A stretch of DNA of 64,000 nt, from the NCBI GenBank assembly GCA_963675665.1, contig OY776510.1, positions 2,176,001 to 2,240,000 on the forward strand. The letters are read 5' to 3'. Both the position numbers and the translations under genes were made by a program. This DNA is from Spirochaetia bacterium (lineage in GTDB: Bacteria > Spirochaetota > Spirochaetia > UBA9216). Below, piece by piece: positions 48,840 to 59,054 of the stretch; the first letter of the stretch is position 1, and every line of letters begins with the position of its first letter. The notes under the pieces are model-generated. The model was not told where the DNA came from. It searched no databases and was given only the letters and a program-made list of their open reading frames with translations.

Positions 48840-50123
48840 ATGAATACTAATGAATATAAGAAAATTATGTCCATGCTGTCGACAGAACTGGTTCCGGCAA
48901 CAGGATGTACGGAGCCCGGTGCAATTGCATATTGTGCTGCACGGGTTCGGGATTTATTGGGCGAAATACCTGAGAAAATTTATATTGATGTCAGCAGTAA
49001 TATTTTAAAGAATGCAAAAAGCGTCAGTGTTCCTGCAACCGGAGGTTTAAAAGGCATACAGGCTGCTGTTGCTGCCGGGATAGTCGCAGGTGATGCTTCA
49101 AAAGAGATGGATGTTATTGCGAATGTTCCTTCTGAAAAGATCAAAAAAATTCACGAGTATCTTGCTAAAGCAGATATTGAATTATCTATCCTTGAATCGG
49201 AATCAACATTGGAAATAAAAATAATCGGAATAATTAGAGAGCAAACTGCGATTGTGCATATTGTAGATCAGCATAACAACATAGTTTTTATGAAAAAAAA
49301 TGATGATATTTTATTGGACAATCTTTCCGGCAAAACTACACAGATAGGTGAGGAAGGGCGCTCGGATTTATCTTTGAAAGAAATTCTGGATTTTTCTGAT
49401 AATGTCCAATTGGAAGAAATCGAGAACATATTCAAGAAACAGATTTTATGCAATACAGCAATTGCTGAAGAAGGATTGTCAAATAAGTGGGGTGCCGGGA
49501 TAGGAAGACTGCTTCTCGACTCAAATGAAAACAATATCGAAGTTGAAGCCAAAGCATATGCGGCTGCGGGCTCCGATGCAAGGATGAGCGGCTGTGATCT
49601 TCCAGTCATTATTATTTCAGGATCAGGTAATCAAGGGCTGACTGCTTCACTTCCTGTCATTCGGTATGCAAAACATTTCAGAATACAGAAGGAAAAATTA
49701 TATCGGGCCCTGGCTGTTTCTGCTCTGGTTACATTACAGCAAAAAACCAGAATAGGAAGATTATCCGCTTATTGCGGAGCTGTAAGTGCAGGAGTCGCCG
49801 CCGGAGCAGGTATTGCATATATGCTTGACGGTTCTTTTAAGGCTGTATCGCAGACAATTAATAATGCGATTGCAATAATTTCCGGGACACTGTGTGATGG
49901 TGCAAAACCATCGTGTGCGGCGAAAATAGCTTCATCAGTAGAAGCGGGAATACTTGGTTTCAATATGTATCGAAACGGCAAAGGTTTTCAGGACGGCGAA
50001 GGTATTGTAATGCGGGATGTAGATAGCACGATTGATAATATAGGGATTATCGCAAGTATGGGGATGAAGCAGACAGATAAAATGATTATTTCCTTGATGA
50101 TACAGGATGAAAAGGTTTCTTGA
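48840..50123 (+). CDS. cyuA: L-cysteine desulfidase (CyuA/YhaM, UPF0597; serine dehydratase alpha-like Fe-S enzyme)
   Basis: PATGCTEP, SDARMSGC, SGSGNQG, GRLSAYCG, CDGAKPSCAAK. Confidence 0.85.
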   Translation: MNTNEYKKIMSMLSTELVPATGCTEPGAIAYCAARVRDLLGEIPEKIYIDVSSNILKNAKSVSVPATGGLKGIQAAVAAGIVAGDASKEMDVIANVPSEKIKKIHEYLAKADIELSILESESTLEIKIIGIIREQTAIVHIVDQHNNIVFMKKNDDILLDNLSGKTTQIGEEGRSDLSLKEILDFSDNVQLEEIENIFKKQILCNTAIAEEGLSNKWGAGIGRLLLDSNENNIEVEAKAYAAAGSDARMSGCDLPVIIISGSGNQGLTASLPVIRYAKHFRIQKEKLYRALAVSALVTLQQKTRIGRLSAYCGAVSAGVAAGAGIAYMLDGSFKAVSQTINNAIAIISGTLCDGAKPSCAAKIASSVEAGILGFNMYRNGKGFQDGEGIVMRDVDSTIDNIGIIASMGMKQTDKMIISLMIQDEKVS

Positions 50124-50159
50124 TTGTTAATAAGAAATTTTTATACATAGGAGAGTTTT

Positions 50160-51401
50160 ATGGTTAATTTTGAGAAAGGTGTTGGAACAAAGAATTTATT
50201 CAGAGACTTTAAAAAAGATGTGTCATTTAAATCCGTTACAAACGGACTTGTAGCTACAATTTTTATGATGACGTTTCTTGTGTTCTTTTGGGCTGTGCTT
50301 CCCAAATACGGTTTGGATTCATCATTGATGGACGGCTGGATTACCGGTTGTATGATGATAATGGGAATAGGAACTATTTTTCTGTCGGCTTATTATCGCA
50401 AACCTATTGGTCTGGCAGGTTCATTTGCAGGTTGGCTGTGTGCTCTGAATGCTTCAACTATATATACTCAGCCGGAAGTGTTTGCGGGCTGCCTTATGTC
50501 CGGTGTTATTCTGACTATTCTGGCATTCAGTGGGTTGATGAAGAAAGTCTTAAAGTTTCTCCCGACCCCGGTAGTAATGGGAATGATTGCGGGTTGTTTT
50601 CTCAATTACGGGCTTTATATTGTTAATCCGTTATCAGAAGAACCTTTTGTTGTGATTCTGATGATTTTGGCATATCTGGTTACCTCGAAATTCTCGAGGA
50701 GAATCCCCGGAGTTCTTTCAGCATTGATCATTGCAATTGTCTATTATGCTGCTTCAGGACTGGATTTCCCTCCAGTAGAAATAACGGCAAGATTGCCGAA
50801 TTTTGTGATGCCGGCATTTACGGCGAATTTTCCGAAAATTTTTATATCTCTTACCATACCACTAACGGCATTGGTTCTGGGAGCGGAGAATTCCCAGGCA
50901 TATGGTGTTTTGGAAACTGAGGAATATAATCCGCCGGTAAATTCAATGACCCTTGTTTCAGGTATAGGAGGTATACTTTCTGCTCTTCTTGGATCAATAA
51001 ACACAAACATTGCCGGGCCTTTAACAGCTATATGTGCATCACCTGATTCAGGGAAAAAAGAGGGACGTTGGACAGCCGTAATAGTATTGGGGATTTGCCA
51101 GCTTATATTAGCTCCTTTTTATGCGAGTCTTGTTGGTTTGATAGTTAGCTTTCCAAATACATTTGTTTATCTGGTTACAGGTTTATCAGTTTTGGGTGTT
51201 CTTGTTTCCGCTTTGATGGGAGCTTTTAAGACTAATAGTCATCGAATAAGTGGGGTTTTCGCTTTTTTAATTGCGGCATCCGGTATTAAAATGATGGGCC
51301 TTAGCGCTGCTTTCTGGGCTCTTCTTATTGGAGACCTTATCTATATCTTTTATGAGAATGGATTGAAGAAAAAAGAAAAAGAGGCGGCCTTAACTGTTTG
51401 A
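50160..51401 (+). CDS. BenE-family (benzoate/H+ symporter-like) transporter
   Basis: About 11-12 TM helices; YRKPI, PTPVVMGMIAG, GPLTAICAS, GLSAAFWAL. Confidence 0.8.
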   Translation: MVNFEKGVGTKNLFRDFKKDVSFKSVTNGLVATIFMMTFLVFFWAVLPKYGLDSSLMDGWITGCMMIMGIGTIFLSAYYRKPIGLAGSFAGWLCALNASTIYTQPEVFAGCLMSGVILTILAFSGLMKKVLKFLPTPVVMGMIAGCFLNYGLYIVNPLSEEPFVVILMILAYLVTSKFSRRIPGVLSALIIAIVYYAASGLDFPPVEITARLPNFVMPAFTANFPKIFISLTIPLTALVLGAENSQAYGVLETEEYNPPVNSMTLVSGIGGILSALLGSINTNIAGPLTAICASPDSGKKEGRWTAVIVLGICQLILAPFYASLVGLIVSFPNTFVYLVTGLSVLGVLVSALMGAFKTNSHRISGVFAFLIAASGIKMMGLSAAFWALLIGDLIYIFYENGLKKKEKEAALTV

Positions 51402-51506
51402 TAGGCTAAACATATATTAATTAAATAAGGAAAAGTGTTTCAGGGACACTTTCCCTTATTTAGATAATTTGATGATACTGAATTATAACGTGATATAATA
51501 TAATTC

Positions 51507-52025
51507 ATGAGAAAGAATATATTAATCATATTAATTTTTCTTACTCTGCCCCCAACATCTTTAATCGCTTTCGAAAAAAATAATGAGCGCCCGTGGGACC
51601 TTTCCGCTGAACTGTCGATGATGCTGACGCTGCAGCTTGACGTTGAATATTTCTTTAACGACAGTTTCGGATTGAAAGCGGGATTTGGAATCTCTCCGAT
51701 CGGACTGACGTGTTTTTCGTACAATGCGCTCCTTGTATATCATTTAAACCTTCCGACCGAACATTTTCAGCTTGATCTGGAAGCAGGTCTGCCGCTTGCA
51801 TATTTCGATTTTATTGAAGGCCGGTATGTCGACTGGGACCCGCTGATCGATGATCCGTTCTTCGGTTTCCTGCCGGGCGGCGGAGCTCTATTCTCTTACA
51901 GGTTCAATGAAGAACATGCCCTTGGCCTGCGGGCGGCTGCCGCTGTAATGTTTGAGCATCAGCGCGATACCGGATGGAAAACCCCGGGTTTTATACCGAT
52001 TCTTGCGCTTGTCTATAACTTCTGA
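51507..52025 (+). CDS. Hypothetical exported protein, possible small outer-membrane beta-barrel
   Basis: Signal peptide; alternating hydrophobic strands; ends in YNF (aromatic C-terminus). Confidence 0.55.
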   Translation: MRKNILIILIFLTLPPTSLIAFEKNNERPWDLSAELSMMLTLQLDVEYFFNDSFGLKAGFGISPIGLTCFSYNALLVYHLNLPTEHFQLDLEAGLPLAYFDFIEGRYVDWDPLIDDPFFGFLPGGGALFSYRFNEEHALGLRAAAAVMFEHQRDTGWKTPGFIPILALVYNF

Positions 52026-52082
52026 AAACCCTTAATGCAGTAGTATATTGAAAGATAAAGATAAATAGATTATCGTGATTTC

Positions 52083-52901
52083 ATGAATAAAAGAATATTC
52101 TCGGCCGTTATAATGTTCTGTATTGTTTCAATACAGGTTTTTTCCGATTCCGATAAACCGTTCTTCTATATCTCCGATACATCGCGTGGACTTTATGAGA
52201 CGGGAAAGGTTTATGAAAATAAATTCTATATCCTGTTCGGTGAGCACCAGAATACTGCAATCTCTCCGAATGTGTTCAACACTATCGGAATAGGACAGGA
52301 TATCGGCAATCTTGAACCGGTCAAAAAAATCGGGACCATGGAGCTCAGGTCGTATTATACAGTTAAATTACTTGTCCCGGCTTCGGCTTTTCCCGATGCG
52401 CAGGAGCCGCTGACCATCGATTTCTTTTTGCGGGGAGGTTTTAATGTGCAATACCCGATAACCGTCCCCGTCGGACCCGACCGCTTTGATTTAAAAATTT
52501 CGCCGTATCTTCGGGCGGAAGCAATACTCGGCCTTTTCCCGCAGATATATAATATAAGTGTTCAATCATTTTTTACTCTGAACAGCGGAGCCGAAGTTGC
52601 CGCGCAGTACAGCCTGACGGATGAAATCAGGCTTGGAGCGGATATATCAACATTTCTTATCGGAATGGATACCGGCCGCGACGGCTATAATAAAGATTAT
52701 ATTCCGGATATTGTTTTTTCTCATCCGGGGAATTATATCGATTTGAATCTGGAGCTGTTCGGCGAATTTGATTTTTCCAGGACAGAAAGTTTGAGGATTG
52801 GGTACGCCCATAACGTCAATTCATATTACGGCGGGACCTACTCGATGATAAGCGGAGACCACAGGATAGGGGTTTCCGTTCTCAGAAAACTGATTCGATA
52901 G
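52083..52901 (+). CDS. Hypothetical exported protein, possible outer-membrane beta-barrel
   Basis: Signal peptide (QVFS); Gly/aromatic-rich strands; directly upstream of the S41 peptidase. Confidence 0.55.
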   Translation: MNKRIFSAVIMFCIVSIQVFSDSDKPFFYISDTSRGLYETGKVYENKFYILFGEHQNTAISPNVFNTIGIGQDIGNLEPVKKIGTMELRSYYTVKLLVPASAFPDAQEPLTIDFFLRGGFNVQYPITVPVGPDRFDLKISPYLRAEAILGLFPQIYNISVQSFFTLNSGAEVAAQYSLTDEIRLGADISTFLIGMDTGRDGYNKDYIPDIVFSHPGNYIDLNLELFGEFDFSRTESLRIGYAHNVNSYYGGTYSMISGDHRIGVSVLRKLIR

Positions 52902-52911
52902 GAGGACGGGA

Positions 52912-54000
52912 ATGAAAAAATTACCTGTATTGCTCTTAACGGCAGTTCTTGTTTCCTGTATTCCTTATATAAACGACACATGGGATAATGATAAGGTTTC
53001 AACTTATGAATACCTCTGTGATCAGCTTGAAAACCATTATGTTTATTTTGATTATAAGAACCTTGATTTTACTGATATCAGAAATAATTACAAAAATCAG
53101 ATAGACAACGAAATGACCGACGAAGCCTTTTACCAGGTGCTTGAAAGCTTTATTTTTGAGCTTGAAGACGGGCATGCCAATATATTTACACCGTTTACCA
53201 CATCGCCGACCTATCCCTTCTTCATGGACGGATATGAAAAAAACTATGATGCAGAAGTTATAAGGGACAATTATCTGGATACAAATCCGGTTTACGGGAA
53301 GAGTATGATTAATAGCCTGATTGAGAGAAACGGTTCCGTTTACGGTTATATCTATTACGGTTCGTTTATGAATTCAGCAACTGTTTATGAAATTGAATAT
53401 ATTTTAAACAGGTTTCGAACGGCCGAAGTTAAGGGAATTATTCTTGATGTCAGAAATAACGGAGGGGGAGTGCTTGAAAATCCCCTGGTGCTGCTCAGTT
53501 ATTTCGGAGGAACTGCCCCGGGTACAAAAACCACAGTGCTGAAGGGTTGGCGCAGGGACGCTAAAGATATTTATACCGAGATTAACGGGATGGATTTTTC
53601 AATTGTATATTCAATCAGTTTTGATGTAACGTCCGATGAAAAGGTCTACAGGGGGCCGGTTGCGCTTTTGACCAACAGGTTGTCTTACAGCGCTACATCG
53701 TTTGCCGCGACCGCTTCAAAGGCTTTTGATAATGTAAAACAGATCGGCGGGAAAACCGGCGGCGGTATGGGGCTGCCTGTAGGCGGCACAATGCCGAACG
53801 GATGGACGTACCGGTTTTCAGGCAATGTGGTTATGGATTACAGGGCAGACAGCTATACTGATAACGGCTATAATTATGAGAAGGGCGTTCCCCCCGATAT
53901 TGAACAGGATGATGATCCGGTTACTGATGCAAATGACGAGATTATCGACAGGGCCATCCTTTGGCTTGACAGCGCGGAAGCTGCGGTTTTTACGGATTAG
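52912..54000 (+). CDS. S41-family (Tricorn/C-terminal processing) peptidase lipoprotein
   Basis: Lipobox LVSC; DGHAN, ILDVRNNGGG, SYSATS, GGKTGGG.G.P, GVPPDI. Confidence 0.88.
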   Translation: MKKLPVLLLTAVLVSCIPYINDTWDNDKVSTYEYLCDQLENHYVYFDYKNLDFTDIRNNYKNQIDNEMTDEAFYQVLESFIFELEDGHANIFTPFTTSPTYPFFMDGYEKNYDAEVIRDNYLDTNPVYGKSMINSLIERNGSVYGYIYYGSFMNSATVYEIEYILNRFRTAEVKGIILDVRNNGGGVLENPLVLLSYFGGTAPGTKTTVLKGWRRDAKDIYTEINGMDFSIVYSISFDVTSDEKVYRGPVALLTNRLSYSATSFAATASKAFDNVKQIGGKTGGGMGLPVGGTMPNGWTYRFSGNVVMDYRADSYTDNGYNYEKGVPPDIEQDDDPVTDANDEIIDRAILWLDSAEAAVFTD

Positions 54001-54628
54001 GGGGATAGAGAATTCTGATTCCGTAAATATTACGTGAAGCTCCTGTTCCCCATCTGTCAGTTACGTTGTATACATCTTTCAGGGTATGTTGATCGGGAAG
54101 TTCCGGATCATTCATTGTAAAGCCGTCTTTCTCATTCCAGCCTGTCAATACAATATAATGTGGAGCTGCCTGATATTCTACCTCGGCAATAACAGGGATG
54201 CCCTGTTCAAGATAGTATCTTATTAAAAGCAGATCAGCCGGTTGAGCGTTCCAGTCAAATCGGGTGTAGACCATTCCGCCTTTAAACCCGGCAAGCGCCG
54301 GCCAGTTGATATTAACCTTTCCGATATATGTATTTCCGTCCCAGCCGTCCTCAAAGCCGTTATTTTCCCTTAGCCAGTTATTCATTATTGCGGGAGTAAG
54401 ATCCTTGCTGAAAAAAAAAGATGTCACCATCGATATGCAGGTCAGCGCACAGCCGTGGGTTCTAATCGTTACTGATGATTTGTTGCCCAGTACTTCGTCT
54501 GCCCAGGCTGAATTCTTTCCCTGGACGTAATAAGGAACAGTTAAAGATGTGCTTTGTGTAAAAGCCTCAGGTGCCGGCATTGTCAGGAAAAGTATCGTAA
54601 GCAGTGATACGGTAAATTTAAATTTCAT
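53990..54628 (-). CDS. Secreted C39-like cysteine peptidase
   Basis: YYVQ, HGCALTCISM, HYIVLTG, MNDP catalytic Q-C-H-D pattern; signal peptide. Confidence 0.75.
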   Translation of the reverse strand: MKFKFTVSLLTILFLTMPAPEAFTQSTSLTVPYYVQGKNSAWADEVLGNKSSVTIRTHGCALTCISMVTSFFFSKDLTPAIMNNWLRENNGFEDGWDGNTYIGKVNINWPALAGFKGGMVYTRFDWNAQPADLLLIRYYLEQGIPVIAEVEYQAAPHYIVLTGWNEKDGFTMNDPELPDQHTLKDVYNVTDRWGTGASRNIYGIRILYPPNP

Positions 54629-54830
54629 AGTGAGAAATATATAACTGTAAACAGCAAATATCCATTTAATTTTATAATAATTAAAACCAAGAGGTTTCTA
54701 TCTTTCCGGGAACGTAGAATAAGAAATAATGTACATGTAATTGACCAAAAACCGGTAAAAAGGTTAAAAATCTGTATTGACAATGCTAATAAAGTGATCG
54801 ATAGTGATGCATTGATTGCTGGAGGCGCTT

Positions 54831-56663
54831 ATGGCAAAACTTGTAAAACAACCGGATATTTCAGAATTCAGGCTGCTGGATCGTAAGGAACCGGAACTTT
54901 TCCGGGAACAGTTTCCGTATTCGGAAGTCCCAAAGATTCTTTTTGAACAGGCGGCTTTGCTTCCGGACATGCCGGAAGATATATGGATTACCGATACGAC
55001 CTTCCGTGACGGGCAGCAGGCAAGGCCGCCGTATACTCCGAAGCAGATTGGCGATCTGTTTACCTTCATGCATAAACTTGGAGGACCGAAGGGAATTATC
55101 AGGCAGAGCGAGTTTTTCATTTACAGCAGGCGTGACCGGGAAGCCCTCGAAATTTGCCGTTCGAAGGGCTATGAATACCCCGAAATTACCGGCTGGACAA
55201 GGGCCAATTCCGACGACCTGCGGCTTGTAAAGGACCTCGGACTCGGCGAAACAGGTATCCTGACTTCGGTATCCGATTATCATATATATCTGAAACTTAA
55301 AACCACTCGCAAAAAAGCAATGGAAGATTACCTTGCCATCGTCAGGCAAGCGGTCAATATTGGTGTCAGGCCGCGCTGTCATTTTGAGGACATTACAAGG
55401 GCGGACATCTACGGGTTCTGCCTGCCGTTCGCTGCTGAACTGAAAAAACTTATGGATGAAAGCGGGATACCGGTTAAGATTCGACTATGCGATACAATGG
55501 GTTACGGCATATCCTACCCGGGAGCAGTCCTGCCGAGAAGCGTCCCGAAACTGGTCAACGCTTTCAGGCGGGAGATAGGCTATCCGTCGGAGCTTCTCGA
55601 ATGGCACGGACATAACGATTTTCATAAAGTACATGTCAACGGCGCAACCGCCTGGCTTTACGGTCTTTCGGCCCTGAACGCATCGCTGCTGGGTTTCGGC
55701 GAGAGAACAGGCAATCCGCCGCTGGAGGCCGCAGTTATGGAATACATCGGCCTCACCGGTTCTGCAAACGGAATGGATACCCGTGTAATAACCGAAATTG
55801 CAGAATATTTCGAGAAGGAAATCAATGCGGATATCCCGCCTAATTATCCTTTTGTCGGTATGGACTTTAATACGACCCGGGCGGGAATACATGCGGACGG
55901 CATCCTGAAAAATCAGGAGATCTACAATATCTTTGATACCGATCTTGTTCTGGGACGTCCGCTGAAGGTTACCGTTACCGACAAATCGGGCGCCGCAGGT
56001 ATTGCTCGGTGGCTGAACGAAAATATTGAGTCAGTTGTTTCAGGAAGCAGGCCTCCGATCGGAAAACGTGAACCGGGCGTCAGACCTATTGCCGAATGGG
56101 TCCAGAAACAATACGCCGACGGGCGCACAACCGGGATATCCCCGGAAGAGCTTAAAGCGCAAGCCAGGCATTTTATACCCTCTCTTTTTATTTCGGATTT
56201 TGAGGTTATTCAGCAGCGGGTTACGCAGAAGGCAATGAAGATAGCTGAAATGATCTCGGCGTCGCCCGATGTTCAGTCGCTTGTAGCCGAAAGGATGGAA
56301 CCTTACCTCGGCAGCATTGTCAAACGCGAACCGTCGATTCAGCTTCTTGCCGTTACGAACCTGAACGGGTACAGGATAAGCCAGGTTTATACGCAGCGCG
56401 GTGAAAAAGGCCGATTCCGAAGGCTCATGAACAAGGACTTCAACAAACATGACTGGTTCAGGCATGTGAAAGATACCGGCGAGGCCTACTGTTCGGGGTT
56501 GTTCCGTTCAATCTTTACTGATGAACTAATCATTACGACCGGGCTTCCGCTACGTGATAATGACGGCTGCATAAGGGCCATAATCGATATTGATTTCAAG
56601 TTCAATGCGCTTGTAATGATGCAGTCGAATATTCCCGACGAAATTCTTGAAATGAAGGATTAA
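54831..56663 (+). CDS. Re-citrate synthase-like DRE-TIM metallolyase with C-terminal Cache-like domain
   Basis: DTTFRDGQQ, SVSDYHI, CHFEDITRADIYGF, EWHGHNDF, GERTGN, TRAGIHADG; extension with DFNKHDWF...SIFTDELIIT. Confidence 0.8.
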   Translation: MAKLVKQPDISEFRLLDRKEPELFREQFPYSEVPKILFEQAALLPDMPEDIWITDTTFRDGQQARPPYTPKQIGDLFTFMHKLGGPKGIIRQSEFFIYSRRDREALEICRSKGYEYPEITGWTRANSDDLRLVKDLGLGETGILTSVSDYHIYLKLKTTRKKAMEDYLAIVRQAVNIGVRPRCHFEDITRADIYGFCLPFAAELKKLMDESGIPVKIRLCDTMGYGISYPGAVLPRSVPKLVNAFRREIGYPSELLEWHGHNDFHKVHVNGATAWLYGLSALNASLLGFGERTGNPPLEAAVMEYIGLTGSANGMDTRVITEIAEYFEKEINADIPPNYPFVGMDFNTTRAGIHADGILKNQEIYNIFDTDLVLGRPLKVTVTDKSGAAGIARWLNENIESVVSGSRPPIGKREPGVRPIAEWVQKQYADGRTTGISPEELKAQARHFIPSLFISDFEVIQQRVTQKAMKIAEMISASPDVQSLVAERMEPYLGSIVKREPSIQLLAVTNLNGYRISQVYTQRGEKGRFRRLMNKDFNKHDWFRHVKDTGEAYCSGLFRSIFTDELIITTGLPLRDNDGCIRAIIDIDFKFNALVMMQSNIPDEILEMKD

Positions 56664-56756
56664 ATCTTCTACGGAGTTATTGTAACCGGACTTTTAAGGT
56701 ATATTATGGAGCTTATTGAAGCTGTGTTTTTATAATTATATCAGTGAGTGTTATCT

Positions 56757-56788
56757 TATGACCGGAACAGGTCTTTTTTCCGGTCATA
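56757..56788. terminator. Intergenic hairpin
   Basis: TATGACCGGAA-N10-TTCCGGTCATA perfect 11-bp inverted repeat. Confidence 0.45.
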
Positions 56789-56858
56789 GCGGCGCATCGA
56801 TTTTTAAATAGGGATATATTATTTGATTTCAGGTTTATATATCATATAATTATATTGT

Positions 56859-59009
56859 ATGAATACAAAGAGTTCCGCTCTTACATTAATTCTAATAATC
56901 CAGCTGCTATTTTTTATTGTCTCTCCGGCTTATAATCAGGATGCTGCAGATGAAAAAGAAATAATACTTTTATTTCCGTGGCACGAAGTCCGCAGTTGGA
57001 ATTACGATTTCATGGACGGTTTTTATACAGTTTTGAATGAAAATACAGATATGAAAATCAGTTTTTCATTTGAACACCTTGAGATACCGTTCAGCTCTGA
57101 TCCTGCTGCGATTGAAGCTGCTCTTGAAAAGATGCAAATGATTAGGAAATACAATAACCCGGATTTAATAATCTCAACATTTCCTTCTGTTCATCCGTTA
57201 GTGCTGAATCAAGGTGAAGAAATATTCCCCGGTGTAACGAAGGTCTTTGTTCCTGCAACAAGGGAGCAGGCTGAGGAAATTAATAAGCTGCCTCATTCTT
57301 ATATCATTTCAAGTTCTGTTGAATATGCAACGAGAACGACATTAGATCATTTAAAAATGATCCTGCCCGATTTGGAAAACCTTATTGTTGTTTCCGGAGT
57401 TGGCGGAGGTGAAGAGTATTATCTTAATCTTTTCAAAAAAATTGTTGAAGAAACAAACCTTGGCGTCGAATTGACTTACTACAGCGGTCTTCCAATCAGG
57501 GATTTGGTTTTAAAACTTTCAATTCTTCCGGATAATTCTGCGATCTTTCTTCTTCCGAATACCAGGGACCTTGATAACAATATCTATACGACCGAAGAGT
57601 TGTTATCAAGTATTATAGAAATAGCGGATGCGCCGAGTTTCTCAACTGACGGTTCTTCTTTCGGTCAGGGTATTGTCGGGGGAGTAATGGTGAGTTCAGA
57701 ATATTACGGAAAATATACGGCAGAAGCTGTCTTTCATTTTCTTTCAACAAAAGAATGGCCGGATGATAATAATAGAGAGAAAACCATTGAAAAATATGAC
57801 TGGCGGGTGCTGCAAAAATGGGGTATTGATGAAGACCTTTTACCGGAGGGAAGCGAAGTCTCATTTAAAACAGAAACCTTTGTTGAAAAATACCGAATTC
57901 AGATTATGTTCATAACACTACTTATATTATTAGAGTCTTTTTTACTGATGATTTTATTTGTAAATCTGAATAAACGACGACGGATAGAAAGCCTTCTGAT
58001 AAATAACCAGGAATTGCTTGATAGAAGTCAGAAATCAGCTAAGGTAGGAGGATGGGACTTTGATATTGCCTCGGGCAGAATGTCATGTACAAAAGAAATG
58101 TTTAATATTCTGGAACTAGATCCGGAATCAAATATGACAAAAGAGATGTTTATTAATTTTTTTCATCCTGAGAGCCTTGAAAAAGTTGATGATGCCTTTA
58201 AAAAAATCATCGCAGATAACGTCCCTTTTGAGCAGGAAGTTCGCTTGATAACCGCCAGGGGAAATGTAATTTGGGTAAACAGCAAATATAAAGCTGTTGT
58301 TCAAGATGGAAAAACTGTTCGAATATCAGGGACCTTACAGAATATTACTGTCCGGAAAATTGCTGAATTGGAACATCAGAACTCTCTGAAAGAAAAGGAA
58401 ATACTTTTAAACGAGGTTCATCACAGAGTAAAAAACAATCTGAGTATAATGTCTTCGCTGTTGGAATTGCAGAAAGAAACGATAACAGACAGACCCATGA
58501 AGGAACTTCTTCTTGTTAGTCAGAACCGAATACTCTCTATGGCCCTTTTGCATGAACAGCTTTACAATGAACAAAACCTGCAATGCCTGACCTTTTCTCA
58601 ATATGCCAAACCTTTGGCAGAAGAAATTGTATCCAGTTATCATTATAAAAATCTTGATGTGAAAATTACTTTTAATATTATTGAACAGGAAGTTGATATC
58701 GATACTCTTGTTCCCCTTGGTATAATCCTTAATGAAATCATTTCAAATTCCATGAAACACGCATTTAATAATATTGAGAATCCGCAGATCGATATCAGTC
58801 TTAAGAAGAAACCAAATAATAGACTTGTTCTATCTATAAAGGATAATGGCACAGGTTTGGCTGATGATTCAATTCTCAATCAAAAAGAGACGATAGGTAT
58901 TTTACTGATCCGCAGTCTTGTTACCCAAATTGATGGAAAGCTTGAAATAATAAGGGAGCGTGGCACTAATTTTATTATCACATTTGGTTTGCAGATGAAT
59001 AGTGAATAG
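56859..59009 (+). CDS. Membrane sensor histidine kinase (periplasmic binding-like domain, PAS, HisKA_2)
   Basis: Signal/TM; GIVGG...YG...YDWRVLQKWG sensor domain; PAS (VGGWDFD); EVHHRVKNNL, NEIISNSMKHAF, DNGTG. Confidence 0.88.
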   Translation: MNTKSSALTLILIIQLLFFIVSPAYNQDAADEKEIILLFPWHEVRSWNYDFMDGFYTVLNENTDMKISFSFEHLEIPFSSDPAAIEAALEKMQMIRKYNNPDLIISTFPSVHPLVLNQGEEIFPGVTKVFVPATREQAEEINKLPHSYIISSSVEYATRTTLDHLKMILPDLENLIVVSGVGGGEEYYLNLFKKIVEETNLGVELTYYSGLPIRDLVLKLSILPDNSAIFLLPNTRDLDNNIYTTEELLSSIIEIADAPSFSTDGSSFGQGIVGGVMVSSEYYGKYTAEAVFHFLSTKEWPDDNNREKTIEKYDWRVLQKWGIDEDLLPEGSEVSFKTETFVEKYRIQIMFITLLILLESFLLMILFVNLNKRRRIESLLINNQELLDRSQKSAKVGGWDFDIASGRMSCTKEMFNILELDPESNMTKEMFINFFHPESLEKVDDAFKKIIADNVPFEQEVRLITARGNVIWVNSKYKAVVQDGKTVRISGTLQNITVRKIAELEHQNSLKEKEILLNEVHHRVKNNLSIMSSLLELQKETITDRPMKELLLVSQNRILSMALLHEQLYNEQNLQCLTFSQYAKPLAEEIVSSYHYKNLDVKITFNIIEQEVDIDTLVPLGIILNEIISNSMKHAFNNIENPQIDISLKKKPNNRLVLSIKDNGTGLADDSILNQKETIGILLIRSLVTQIDGKLEIIRERGTNFIITFGLQMNSE

Positions 59010-59054
59010 GAATTCGGAACATCCATTACCATACCGGCAGGATTGATTTAATAA

